This document shows positions 42,279 through 55,854 of a stretch of 64,000 nucleotides of DNA, piece after piece (the stretch's first letter is position 1; every line of letters starts with the position of its first letter). Made by a program: the position numbers and the translations under genes. The DNA lies in contig CM022679.1 of the NCBI GenBank assembly GCA_012295275.1, positions 24,614,001 to 24,678,000 on the forward strand, read 5' to 3'. Below the pieces are notes generated by a model. That model was not told the DNA's origin, did not search any database, and worked only from the letters and a program-made list of their open reading frames with translations. The DNA comes from Chrysomallon squamiferum. Taxonomy: Eukaryota; Animalia; Mollusca.

Positions 42279-45017
42279 CGAGGGGGTGCTTTAGTGTCAA
42301 GAAAACAAACGAAATTTGCTTATTGGAATGCCTTCTTTAAAAATTGTCAATCATAAAAACAAATTTGTCTACTAATTCAGGAAACTAATAGCTCTAGAAA
42401 CCAACAACCATTAGTCATTATTATGGTAGAATCAGGACAAAATTTCAGATAAATAGTTGTTCTGAATTTGTATTAATGATGATTACATTTAAAAAAAATA
42501 GGTGGAATTATCCTGAGCAAAGGTAAGAAATAAAAATGGGTGGGAAATAATTCATGAATTTATTTAGCTTTTGTATCCATGTAGTCAAAAAGAACTGCAA
42601 ACCCTATTTATGTTACTGCGTAATGTAATCAGCATCCTTGAAACATTTCATATAAATAATTAAAATAAAACCTGTTTATATAGTAATACAATTTCCAAAA
42701 TTTATTGCCAAGATTATATCTCATACCCTGTGAAAGCAAAGTAATAAGCAAAGCATGAAGTGAGAATATTTGGTCTTGAAAAGAATATTTACTTTTTTTT
42801 TTTTTTTTTTTAACCGCATTTTAAGTTCGTATTACACTGAAATTCATAAATATTTCAGATCTTAAATATTTTTATTAATAAAAAGTGTCTATTTTTAAGT
42901 TTTAAGTTTTAATTTAAAATTTAACCAGATTAAATAACAATTTTTATACAAATTGTTCCAGAAATCTATACAATACTAATAGTGAAAGGCAAAAACTCTT
43001 GTTTATCTTTTCCTTGTATGTGTGGGGCAATTTGTTTGTTTTTCTTTTAAATTCACATTTCCATCTTTGACTCAATTTTATAATTATTAGTAATGTTTTC
43101 AATTCTTTCATCAGATAAAGAGCAAGGTCTTTCAACATGGCTTCCTTTCCAAAGTGCTGCATTGTCTCTAACTAACTTGTACAAAGGTAATCAGTACATG
43201 TATATTTAAATTCTCAGGCTTTTAAGAAAAATATATTGTGAAAGTTTGCATTTAATTTAATTATATTAGAACATATGTATAATTAATAAAATGTTCAGTG
43301 TGTTACACCTACATTATTAAAAGTTGATCTTGATAATCTTGAAACATAATGAATTTTGATAGTTTGTAATTTTGCAGTAACACAAAATTTTGTCTCAGAA
43401 ATAATAAATGATGTGTATTGCTATTACAGTTTCTAGCATTTCAAATGTTTATTACAAAGTAGTTGATAAGTCTGCTGTTTTTCAGGTCAGAAGAAGATGG
43501 CTTAATGTAACTGATTTTTTAATGTTTCAGCACTGCATTTGAGTAGTTACTTTAACACATTAAATAAACAGTAATTTACAAATTAGTTTATTCATTATTT
43601 TATTGCAAAATGAAATGGAACACTTACAATTAAGGTGTCAGAACTTCAATTTTTCAATTTTAATTGCTATTTTTTAGTTTTTCATTAGCACATCTCAGCA
43701 CTTCTATTGTGTTTAGTTATTCATTTAATCTTTTTAAAGTTTGTATCAATGGATAGTATGTAATCAGTTGTTTAAAGTTTGAAAATAAATTATTGATTTT
43801 ATATTTTCTTAATTTAACAAAAATATTTTCTTATGTTTTCATTATTATTTTTATTTCTTTGTGCTTTTACTTTTTTTTAATGCAGCAGTTACAGATATTT
43901 ATAATTTTTAACAGAATTTCATCAAAAAGTAAAATGTGATAAGAAATGTTTGTTAACAACAATATTCTTGTTTTCAGACAGCATGGACTCACTGCAGACA
44001 TGTGTAGAGTTTGGTGTGCAATGTGGGAAACAACACAAAACTAGGGATATTATAGCCTGGGCTAGGAAAAAAAGGAGACACATAAGAAGAGAAGAACTTA
44101 TGGCATTTTTGTGTGGTAAAACACCACCACCTAGAAATCATCGACATAGTAGTTCATCGATGAGGCCAATGCCACGTGTAGGACTTGAACGATCATCTGC
44201 CCGATCTTCTCCCCGTGTTCCTCAGAGTGAATCGGATGTTGTGGAGCAGGATTTAGATGCTTTTCGCGAAGCTATTGCACTTCAAGGTGTGTTTTAATCA
44301 AATTCAATTATTTTATTTTCTTATCTGTTTTATGTATTGTTTGTCAGTAAAGATGTATTTGTTTTCTACGAGCAGAAAATAATGGTTAAATAATGTACAA
44401 TCAAAGCTGCAAGAATCGAGGTAAAATCTGTTGTTTTTATTCACAATTATCTTTTCACATGGCACTCAAATAATATTAATAAACATATCTCCAGAAAAAC
44501 AAATGTAAGCCATTGTTTTTTTACAATAAACTATTATTATAGTTTTACCTTCTTTTTTTTCCCTTTAACATCAAGAGCAACAAAATGTGGGAGTGGTTTT
44601 ATGGCAGTTGAGTAAATGATTTTTCCCATTCTAACAAGCTAACTGCTTTATTTCTTGCTTATTCTTGTAATCTTTTTTGATGTTTGTTTTTCAAACACAC
44701 ATTTAGTTTTTTTCTGTTTTGTTTAAAAAACCCACAAAAATAATTTTTTTAAAGTCCTGTTAAAGTCTATTTTGATATTTGTTTCAGTTTTGTATTCATT
44801 TATTTTTTTATTCACAGGATTAAATGGTGCAATGTCTAACATTAGTGTTGGTTATGGGACACATGGGGGTAACCCTCAGCAAGCCTGGGGGAATATTGAA
44901 GAACTCAACCGATTTATCCATGATGAATTTTCACGAAATGTAGGTTCAAGAAAAAGAACAACTTCTCCTGATGTCATCATAGATTCTCCTTCTAGAAAAC
45001 GAAGTCGACTGCTCTAA
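41573..45017 (+). CDS. HAPSTR1: HUWE1-associated protein modifying stress responses (C16orf72/TAPR1 homolog), 4 exons, 258 aa
   Basis: Exons 41573-41768, 43115-43186, 43978-44286, 44818-45017 (777 nt). KLWFTFQNSATAIAQLYK, WLPFQSAALSLTNLYK, DIIAWARKKRRHIRREELMAFLCGKTPPPRN, FREAIALQGLNGAM and the C-terminal basic signal RKRT..DSPSRKRSR match recalled human C16orf72. Confidence 0.93.
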
Positions 45018-48000
45018 TTAATTATCCAAATTTTTCTCTTTTTTTTTGATATTTAGATTATTATTATTAATGTTTTTATTTTATTTTTATTTTTATTTTT
45101 TTTAAATAGTTTTAATTAAAAGGAAAAAAGATCAATAATTTTTGTAGCTAGGAAAATATTGTGAGGAATATAACTTTGTCTTTGATTGTTAGTCCAGATG
45201 ACAAATGCTTTAGGGTTAAGGTATATTTTATGTTCTCCCATGTGTGAAATATTAAAGCAATTTTTTTTTTTTTTTTTTTTTTTCCCTCTTACATATTTTA
45301 ATTTGGTCGGTAACACTGTGTCATGTTTTGGTGAAAAATACAGATTCTCTTTTTTTTTTTTTTTTTTTAATAAAATAATTAATACATGATCAATTTCTGC
45401 TGCATGTCTGTACAGTAGAGTTGGTTTAGATGGATAACGTGTAGTTTGATATGACATCTTTGGTTTTGTAGTTAGAAGCTTTCAGCACCAGTGGTTTTTT
45501 TTGCAAAACTTGCAATCTGTTCAAGTAAAAATAAGTCATTGTAAAAATAATTTTTCAGTTTTGTACTGTTTATTGGATTAATGGTCAGTGGAACATTTTT
45601 AGAGGGAATCTTTAAAAAAAAGAAATAAGATGTTTATGTATAAAGATTAATTTATAGCATCCATGACCAGTAATGTTGATGTCTTGGGTTTTAATGTCAT
45701 AATATAATTCATTTAGTGTATTGCATTTGTGGAATTACATCATGAAAGTTTTGATTTGTGATTACGCTGATGATTTATAAACTAAAACATTGATGAAAAT
45801 TAATATGGATTGGGTATTTTGTAAAGTTTATTACCGTTTTTTTTCATACTAATAGAACTTCAAAAACGTTATTAAAAATGGTAAAAAAGAAAATTTACTA
45901 AATTTGAAGATGAAAATGTTTCTATTGGTATATGCACAACCAATAAATTAAATTGTAAGGTTAATATTAAAAATACGAAATAAAAGTTTATTTACTGTAA
46001 AGTGGATATAAAATCTAAAAATAGGAATTACATTTTTTTTTTAATATATCTATATATATATATATATATATAAATAACCACTTTCATTAGCACTGTATGT
46101 ATATATGTGTATGTACATAAAACTTCAGTGTAAATAAAAATGTTATTTACCATGTACAAATATGTACAGACTATTTGAATACAAAAAATGCATTTGATTA
46201 TAAAGTTGATTAATGTGTAATTTATCTTTTATCATTTGTTCTTTTTTTTCATTTTTTTTTTAATATAAATATGTTTAACAAAAAGAAATCTCAAATGATT
46301 AAAATGTAATCATAACATTGTTTATAATATAGAAATAAGTAAATGTATATTATGAAAATAACACAATATACATATTTCTTTTAATTATACATGGATTAAT
46401 AATTACTATCTAAATATTCGTGATATATATGTACATATATAGGAATAATAAATTAAATCTTGTTACAGTAAATTGAAATTTTTTTAACTAATTCAACTTA
46501 TTAAAATCATTATTAGGATTTATTTTTTTCAATTTTTTTTTAATATAAATGTTTAACATTCAACTTTATGTATCCATTATTCTACTACATCAATAGTATT
46601 ACAGAAGTCTAAAATTATATCTTAATTTTCTGTTTTCTTTCTCTCAAATCAAAGAAGTGAACATCAGTCTTTTATTTTTGTGTCCTTGCCATGTTGCATT
46701 TCACAAGTAGCAAATTTCTTTTTATATATATGATATATGAATGATAATGAAAAAGTCAGTACAAGTTACACTTCTTTTCAAAAAAATTTAAGTCACCTTT
46801 TATTTAAAATGTCTTCTAGCAAAAAGCAAGTTTTTGAATATACCATTCCACTAAAAACAAGAAAAATGTAGTGCTGTTGTTTAAATATGAACAACTATAG
46901 TTTGTGATATTTGTCCTCCCCCATAACTTAAAAACATGACCAGAAATAATTGTATTCACCTTAATTACACAAATTATTTCAGATAAGTAATTTGAATTTA
47001 TTAAATATATTTTTTATTATCAAAATTTATCATTCTTTTCTTCAAAATCATCATTTCTGATAAAACATGCCAATGCAGTTTAACATTGTATTATATAATC
47101 AAACATGATATTTTTACATTTTTTTTTTTTTTTTTTTATTATTAAAACATTACTGTGAATTTAGTTTGGGATTTCAGAATTTTTAAAACTCAGTTGCAAA
47201 AATAAAAAATGTATGCCTGCAATATTTGAAATTATTTAGTAATTTTTTTTTCATATCAAAAAGTTTCCATATACTGAACTTTATTTGTAGATGTGTAAAA
47301 GGCAGAATGACATACACACCAAATCTTTTGCTTTCAAATCATTTGTTTATTATTTGTAAAAATTCAGTATTCAATCTGCTGTTTATGTAAATGTATACCA
47401 TTTATGTAAATCATTTCATGATAGACGAGATTGAATATATAATTATATGTGTAAACAAGGTTTTCAATAAAAATGTTAAAAATATCACTAAAGTTCAAAT
47501 AGCGTTGATTGTGTTTATAGTTCTGGTACATCTTTATGGCAAATCCTCACCAAAGAATGATAAATAATTTATCAGATGTTAATTTATCACTCTGGATGGT
47601 TGAAATTTTTAATAAAATTGTTTATAGAAATAATGATTGATAAATGTTCTCGAGAAAAGAGGATAATATAACTGCTTTGTGATCTTTTATTTTTCTTCTA
47701 CCTGTCCTTGCTACAGACTCCATTATTTCTCACTCTATTTTAAAATAATATTTTTTTTTTTTTTTTTTTAAATGTTTTACAAGTACCTTCAATAGCAGTA
47801 CATGGTTCTTAGATGTTAGTTTTTGATGGCTTGAAGTGGATCTTTTGGCCTAAGTGCTATTTGTTTAATGTAAAAGTCATTAAAAACAAATGTGTATAGA
47901 ATTGTGTTATGAGAACCATCCAAGATCAATAAAATGAGCATATTTACGATTGGAGTTTTTTTTATTTATTATTGTTATGAATGGAAAATTGCTTTACAGA

Positions 48001-50110
48001 AACATATATTTTTCTAATTTCATATACACCTTCTATTGAGTATATCACATTATAATTGCATGTTATAATGGCTAAGACAAAAATCCAGCTGGAAAGATTG
48101 TAAGTTATGGAAAGAAAAAATAATTTACCTGATTAATTATATGTGTAATAATAATAATAGTAATAATACCAATATTAAAAAATTATATTATATTACAATA
48201 ATTAAAATTATAAACTATGATTTACTGTTAACTAACAAAGCATTCACAAGGTGGTTTATAAAAATATGAAATAACTAATACCCTTCAATACAGCATTGCT
48301 GGTTATTGTTTTTTACGTTTTAAATAACTTAATTGCTTTATTACATAATTTGTATCCCACCATTACATGGTATTTGCTGCTCTGTGTGGAAATACAGTGG
48401 AAGATCCCTTTTGCTTTGTAATAGGAAAATGTAACATTGACAAGTTTCCTCAGAAGACTGTAATAGAATCTAATATATGAGATCAAATTGTGATTACACA
48501 AATAAAGTACTTTCATGATGCCTTAAAGACAGTCTACTGAAAAATGTATGGAAACCATAGAACAAAAATATTTCTTGCTGGTAATAATCAGACATGCTAT
48601 GGAATGATAATTAATTTTCCATTTTGAGAAAATATAAAAAGTGTTAATATATTTTTTTAAATTTTGTAGGGCAGTAATAATGTCTTTATAAATGTTAACT
48701 TCTTTGCCAAGATGAGTATTGTACCAGACAAATGTCATTAGAGATTCTTGTAACTAAACTACAGGGAGATAAACTTCATGACCACACTAATTACTGAAAG
48801 ACCAAAGAGATTTAAAAAAAAAAAGGTGATTTAAATATATGTACCAATACTGCTGTGAAAATAGCACATCATCTTTGATAAAGCAGGCATCGTGTTCAAA
48901 TTCAGTGTATACAGTGATAATAGTATGATAATATATAATGCAAATTAAGTAACTCTAATACATACTGATACTAGCGAAAACAGGAAATGTTCATGTCACC
49001 TTTAATAGGGCAGTCATCTTGTTCACATTCGTTATATAAGGTGATCATAGTTTGTTGTTAATTACAGTAAACACACTTAACATACAATTCAAACATGGAT
49101 ACATTTTAGAGATTACAAAAAGCTTCTTTCCTCAGGCAACACAAAGTGAAATGAAAACAAACAAACAAAACCTAAAAATATAAATACATTTATTGTAATT
49201 TGTGTAAGAATTTCACCAACTCAATAAAAACTACCTATTTATTATTTTAAAAGAGAATTAAAGTTTAAAATGTTAAGCCAATTTAACTTGAGCAACATTC
49301 ATCTACTGTTTTTCATAAAATTTAGAATTTAGAATTCATAAAAGCAATAACAAAAATGACATAAAAAATGATAAAAAAGTCAAGAGAATGACCACTGATA
49401 GTTAGAAGTACAATATTATTACTGAATAATATATAGCTATAGTATAATAATTATTAATAAAAAGTAAACACCCACACTTAATCTAAATTATACAACCAAT
49501 AATGGAAAAATGTATATGAGTAAGTCAAAGAGTAAGCACATTTTATTGGCCAGTGAAATATCCATGATAACAATTCAAATAACCAAGAAGTTTAACCTGA
49601 ACACACTTCTGGTTTGGAATGGTATACAACAAAACTCATGTTTTTTTTTTTGGTTTTTTTTTTTCAATATTTTTAAGCATTTAAACATGAATTAATTCTT
49701 TGAATCTGGCTTTTCTTTCAGAAATTAATAATGGCTAAAACTGTAAGATTATTGCTTCTTTATTAGAATAAATAATTTTATAAATCACCAAACAAATATA
49801 CATGAATAGGCCACTTTAATTTTGTATGTTATAGTTTTCATATTTTACCACTATATTAATTTTTATCTTTTTTTTTTAATTTTGAATCCTGGATAATCCA
49901 TTATTACTGTGTAATGCATACTCATATAATGTTTACAATTATGATAAATCTGTTGGCTAGTCAAAACTACGGTAGCAATACATTTTACAGTCATATTAAT
50001 TAATTTTTTTCTTCTCAAACTCACTTATGTACATGATTGATTAATTACCAATAACATAATCAAATGTGATAAATGACATGTACCAGTCTATATAATTTCA
50101 ACAGTGTAGC

Positions 50111-50112
<2 letters not shown>

Positions 50113-50167
<55 letters not shown>
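50113..50167. repeat. (TG)n microsatellite; a second one lies at 50595-50634 with a similar downstream flank
   Basis: Directly visible. Confidence 0.9.
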
Positions 50168-50172
<5 letters not shown>

Positions 50173-50591
50173 ATAATAATATATTTTGTACTACACAATT
50201 ACAACAGTGTAACTTAATTACTATATTACAGACACTATATAAACTGGTACTGAATTATGTACCTAGCAGGCCTGGGATCAGAGGTGTTTGATTTTTTGGA
50301 TTTCTTGATATATGCAATTTAAATCTTTATTTAAAATATATAATAAACACTGAAACAATATTTGGCAGATTCCAATTAATATGCTTCTATAGCAAGGTCT
50401 GTTTGTCTTTGTTAATTCACTTGAAATTTTTAAAATACTTGTATAAACTGCAATTTTCATTATCAAGTAACCTTTCCTGTAGTCTTTTAGACATTATAAA
50501 TAAATGAAAATTTGAGTAAACAGAAACAAATAATAGGATCCCCAGTTTACATTGAAACAAAAACAAAACAAACCTAATTCAAAACCAGCCA

Positions 50592-50637
<46 letters not shown>

Positions 50638-51332
50638 AAAACATAATATATGACAGCTACTGGTCTATAATATAATAATATATTTTATATTTCACAGCAC
50701 AATCACTACAGTGTAGCATAATTATTTAAAGTTGGTAGAGTGAATTTCAAAAATGAAATAAATAGCAGATTTCTTGTCCATTTGATGTTTCATTTCAGTA
50801 ACAGTAACATTCTGTTACTAATGTGTTCACTACCAGATGACTTAAGCTGGTCCCTTTGAAAGCCTTTTATACCAAACCTTAGAAACAAATATTGCCAGAA
50901 TCAATTAAAACAGGACTGGACACCTTTTTTTCAATATTTTATATTGTAGGCTGCATTCCAGATTATTTATAATTTATGAGTATTAAAATACAATTTTATA
51001 TCTTTGATAATAACAATAATAACAATAATAATAATAAAACATTAAAAGCATAAAACTTAAATATGCTACATTAAAATGGCAGGTAAAAATATTTTGTTTA
51101 AAAATGTATTTAGTTTTGAACATCTGGAATTATTTCAAAAAATAGAGCATTTGCAGAGAAATACTGTTTTTTTTAACCACAAATCAAATATCAAACCCAC
51201 TGTTTACAGTTGTAACATATTACTGTGACATTCAGTTTCATTTATTCTTTTTCTGTCTTCACATCACAGAACTTGATGAAAGCTTAGCTATGAGCTGCCT
51301 ATATCCTTTTCACAAAAGAAATCATATAACAT

Positions 51333-54300
51333 TCAAATGTTTATCAGTGTGTTATCCAGCACCATTTCCAGAAACTGAAAAAAAAAAGAGTAAATAGAAT
51401 AAAAATAATTATTATTCTTTCATTATGGCTAGTTTAACTAACATTAATATTTCAAATTTGTGTTCAGTATATAAACTGATTAATAACATTTATCATAGTA
51501 CTCTGATTGATACAACCTAAAAGATCATTTTTTTTATAAATTTCAATACTTACATCTTCATAACTTATCAACACCACTCCAGTTTGCTGTTTATCCTTTA
51601 CCCTGAATTTATCTGTTAATGTTTTAAGCATTACACAAGCCTGAATGAAATCATCAAAGTTAATACTTCGAATTCCTCTTCTGTCAAACTTACGAACAAC
51701 AAGATCAGCAAACTGTGGTGACCTGGAAAATTGGTAATAAAATCAGTTGATGAAAAACAGATCAATAACATTTTAAATTTTAATTTGTTTTATTCTTTTT
51801 TGTTTCATTTATTTATTTATTTTATTTTATTTTATTTTATTTTTTTTAAATATATTAAAGCAGTTTACATTTCTTTACAATTTTTCTGTGCACTGTATTT
51901 GTTTGTGTTTTTTTTCCCTATGGGTATTCTTACATACATATTTATTGAATATACAGATATTAAATCATATGTAAGACACTTTTGCTATGAAAACTGTCAT
52001 TTAAAACTCCAAACATTTATTGAATAAATTATAAAAGTATTCTTTAAAATTTAATATCAATACTTAAGTGCTTTTTAATACACAAATGCTTACGTTCTAA
52101 TTTTTAGCAAAAAAAAAGAAGTAATATAATCATATAGAAAATATTAACTATTTTATTATTAGCAAACCTTTGTATGCACAACAGTGTTATCTCATGATAA
52201 TAAATAAATAAATATCTGTATATGTGCGTGTGCATACACATACACACACACTACAATTCATAAAATTACAGTGACATTAAATACATTATGTTTTGTAATA
52301 TTTATATCAGTATGACAGTAAATGGATTTTTGTCTCACACATTAGGGCCCTTAACCATACCTAATAGGGCCTCAATCAAACTGCAGAAAGTTTTTATAGC
52401 ACTATTTATATGAATTGTTTTCTGTGTTTCTTTAACTTAGAAAATACGATCTAACTTATTTATTAAGCCATGTATCACAATTTAGAATATATCTATTTGT
52501 AGAATTCACTGGTAGCTTTTTCCTTTTTACTTCATATAATATTTCATATTGTTGTGCTATTAAGGTACAGTTTTTGAAAATGTTGGTAACATATTTATTA
52601 TTTACCTAAACAGCTTACTTTAATACAGCCTAACATCTCATAATTAACTTGCATGTATCATTAAACTAAGTAAATATATTGCCCATTCATTTCTGCAGAT
52701 TTTTCTGACAGTATGTATTATTTTAACCCAATTACTGAAATCACATAGAAATTAATGATCATTAGTAAGAGACTAAAGGAATTTTTGTCAGATATGGTCT
52801 GCTGACCGGGGGTTTTGGAAATAGACCACAGAGAACAAAGCGAACTCATGGAGGGGATGCGTTCCTAGTTGATACTATATACAGTCTATACCTAGAGTAT
52901 ATGCATATATATGTATCTGTTATAATAAACCATCACAGTTTCTGAATTACACAGTCAGTGGGTCTACCAAAGGTGCAGTCCATAGACAAGAAATGAGCAT
53001 TATTTTAATAGGGTTGTTAGCATTTGAAAGCTAACACCTCTTGTGTGCTGGGCCTTATCACAATCAGTAACAAATTGTGTTACGTGACTGAAAACATATC
53101 ATCGAATTACAAAGGCATAAAATACAATACTTACAGATTGTAACCAAAAGTTCTCAGAGCTGTGTGAAACTCACCAGCATCAATGGTTCCTGATCTATCC
53201 TTATCAAATCTATGGAAAAAAATTAGTATTTTATCAAAAACTGCTTTCCTATAACATACATAAACTATTTTCTTTTAGCAGTTAACAGATTAGAGAATAA
53301 TGTGACATCGATTATTTTTTCTAAATTATTTTATTCATGGTTCTAAATCTTTAAAAAAATAATTAATGGAAATTTACTTGAAGTCAAGTATAATAATGCT
53401 GACTTTAAATATTTCAATTACTCTATGCTGGAGAACATTTTGCTTTGTACCTGTTTATAAATTATAGTCTTTATATATATATATATATATATATATACAA
53501 TCAAATAATTTGCAGAAAACTGAAGTGTATTAATTTATAAATAATTTCTATTCAAGTACTTGCATAAATTTATATACATTTATTCTGATTTGCTGGATTA
53601 TTATTTTAAATAGGATGTTCCATTATTTATTTTTTGATGACAAATGATATTTTGTACTTAACAAATGAATTCAGACAATAAACAAACTAAAGTCTCTATG
53701 ACTGTTACCTGTCAAAGCAATCTTTCCAGCTTTTGATATAATTCCAGAGAGCAGCAAATTCATGAATACCAATTGTTCCACTTCTGAAAAAATATTTTTT
53801 TTTAATAATAATCTCTACTGGTTGTAAGTCCTGTATAAAACATGATTAGTTACAATATGCAGTGATAAAATGTTTTATTTTTTCAGACAGGAAAGCTTAG
53901 ATACATTAGTTTGAAGTCAATTCTGATGTGGCTGCCTTTGTACATGTAATTCATCTTTGTACACTTAAAATAATTTAATTATGTCTTTATTTTTGTTTCA
54001 CAGTAAATATTTCTTTATAATATTTTATATTAATTATAAATTTTTTATTTTTTTATTTTACTTACAAATTATAAAAACATATTTATCTAAGAAATAAATA
54101 AATAAAAAGCAATTTGAGCTAACTTACTTATCAGTATCGAACATTCCTATCATAAGTCGACATGTCTCAGCATTAAAAGGTGTCCAGTTTCCATTCATCA
54201 AAGCTCGCTGCAGCTCTGATGAAGTTATCTGCCCCGACTTGTCCTGATCCACAGTCTGTAATTACACTTATATTTAATAAACACTCTCCAGCAATTACAA

Positions 54301-55391
54301 GATACACTGTACAAGACAAAAATATTCAGACAAAAAGACACACAGGCAGAGCAACAAAGAAAGATATAACAGATAGAAAATTTAGACGTCAAATAGATTG
54401 AGATTTTTATGCCATTAATATTTGTACATTATACTGAGCTATTGATATATTTATTGTATTATTAAAAACTTTTAATATGTTGTTTTGTGTTTTAATACAG
54501 CAATAATTATTTGTACTAATTACTATTTATAACTGCTGAAATACATGTATGTGGAGGTCACATGATCAGGAAGTACTTATCTCGGCTACAGTTTAATCAA
54601 TTATTTTGATTTTTAAAAATACTGACCTGAAACCATCCCCATAAATCTTGACTAATACCTGGTGGAAGGGGAGGTCCACCATACCCCTGTGGTGAGCCAT
54701 ATGGAGGAGGGGCCTGTTGTTGGTATGGTGGTGGTTGTGACCCATAAGGTGGTTGACCATATTGATATGGTTGTGTTGGTTGTCCATATGATTGTGCTGG
54801 CTGTCCATAAGGTGGTGTTGGTTGTCCATATGACTGTTGTGGTTGACCATATTGTGGCCTCTGTTGTCCCTGGCTAAATGCTGCTCCAGTTCCATATCCA
54901 CTCTTTATAACAGAAACTGTTAATTATAGATTCTCTCAAAGCAACAGTGGCATACATTATAATCTGTACCTTTATAAACATTTTGGGAAACTGGAAGAAT
55001 GCTTCTGATTTCTTAAATGTGACTGTCACTAAACATACAGGATTATAGTCAATTCTCATTTATTCCATATTCTTTTGGACAAGTTCCATATCAATGTATT
55101 AATAAAATCCACTTTTGGCAGATATCCCATATTTGGGAATTGCATGCCAAAACAAGATTATTTGAGACATAAGTATGTTCTAATCACAATATACAAATAC
55201 TGTAATCTTGAAAAATATTTTATTAGACAGTATCTAAATATAATGGTTTGAAGATCATATTGTGAAAAAATAATCAAATAAAATTGCCAAAACAAATATA
55301 GTTTATAAATGTTTTCTATGATACAGATACTTGCATACTTCCACTATTATTAACTCTGGCTTACACTGAATAAAACATGTTATTAAATAAA

Positions 55392-55442
<51 letters not shown>

Positions 55443-55854
55443 GTAACAAAGGTCAGTATACTTTATACTGACTATAAATATAAAAACAATAATCACAAAA
55501 AGCTCACTTAATAATTATTTGTTTAATTCATTAAGATTATTGTTTCCCTCACACCATAACGTTGAAGCTGATATAAATCAAGTTAATGGTACAAAGCAAG
55601 CAGTGGCTTGCAGAGGGGTGGATCTGGGAGCATACAATCAATGGTGAGTCTTTGGAACATACAATCAATGAATTGGCCATGGCTTCACCAGACCTCTGCA
55701 AGCCACTGAAAGCAAGTACGTCTACCTTATTTAGTTAGTATCTACTAGTTTTATTTGGTTTAAACTTTCGTGCTTTAGGATACAAACAAAAAATTATACT
55801 TCAAATTATAATTAAACGTACGTAAGCAGGCTGTTGATTTCCACCCCACGACAT
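51333..55854 (-). CDS. PEF1: Peflin-like penta-EF-hand Ca2+-binding protein (PEF1/ALG-2 group), 7 exons, 265 aa
   Basis: Exons 55854-55822, 54902-54627, 54255-54128, 53783-53709, 53209-53135, 51722-51554, 51374-51333 (798 nt). Long G/P/Q/Y N-terminus with YGQP repeats, then WFQTVDQDKSGQI, NGNWTPFNAETCRLMIGMFDTDKSGTI, FDKDRSGTIDAGE, GYNLSPQF, INFDDFIQAC. The long N-terminus favours peflin over PDCD6, but the EF4 region looks ALG-2-like. Confidence 0.75.
55601..55708. mobile_element. 108-bp hAT-type MITE in PEF1 intron 1
   Basis: Perfect 16-bp TIRs CAGTGGCTTGCAGAGG/CCTCTGCAAGCCACTG and a perfect 8-bp TSD AAAGCAAG (55593-55600, 55709-55716). Internal direct repeat catacaatcaatg. Confidence 0.9.

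Noticed and set aside
52790-52990. GC-richer patch in a PEF1 intron with weak inverted ends (tatggtctgc / gcagtccata)
   Set aside because: The inverted match is short and imperfect with no clear TSD, so it cannot be called an element.
54593-54901. His/Asn/Met-rich 102-aa ORF resembling a metal-binding peptide, and the Val-rich antisense ORF
   Set aside because: Off-frame and antisense readings of the YGQP repeat exon of the peflin-like gene.
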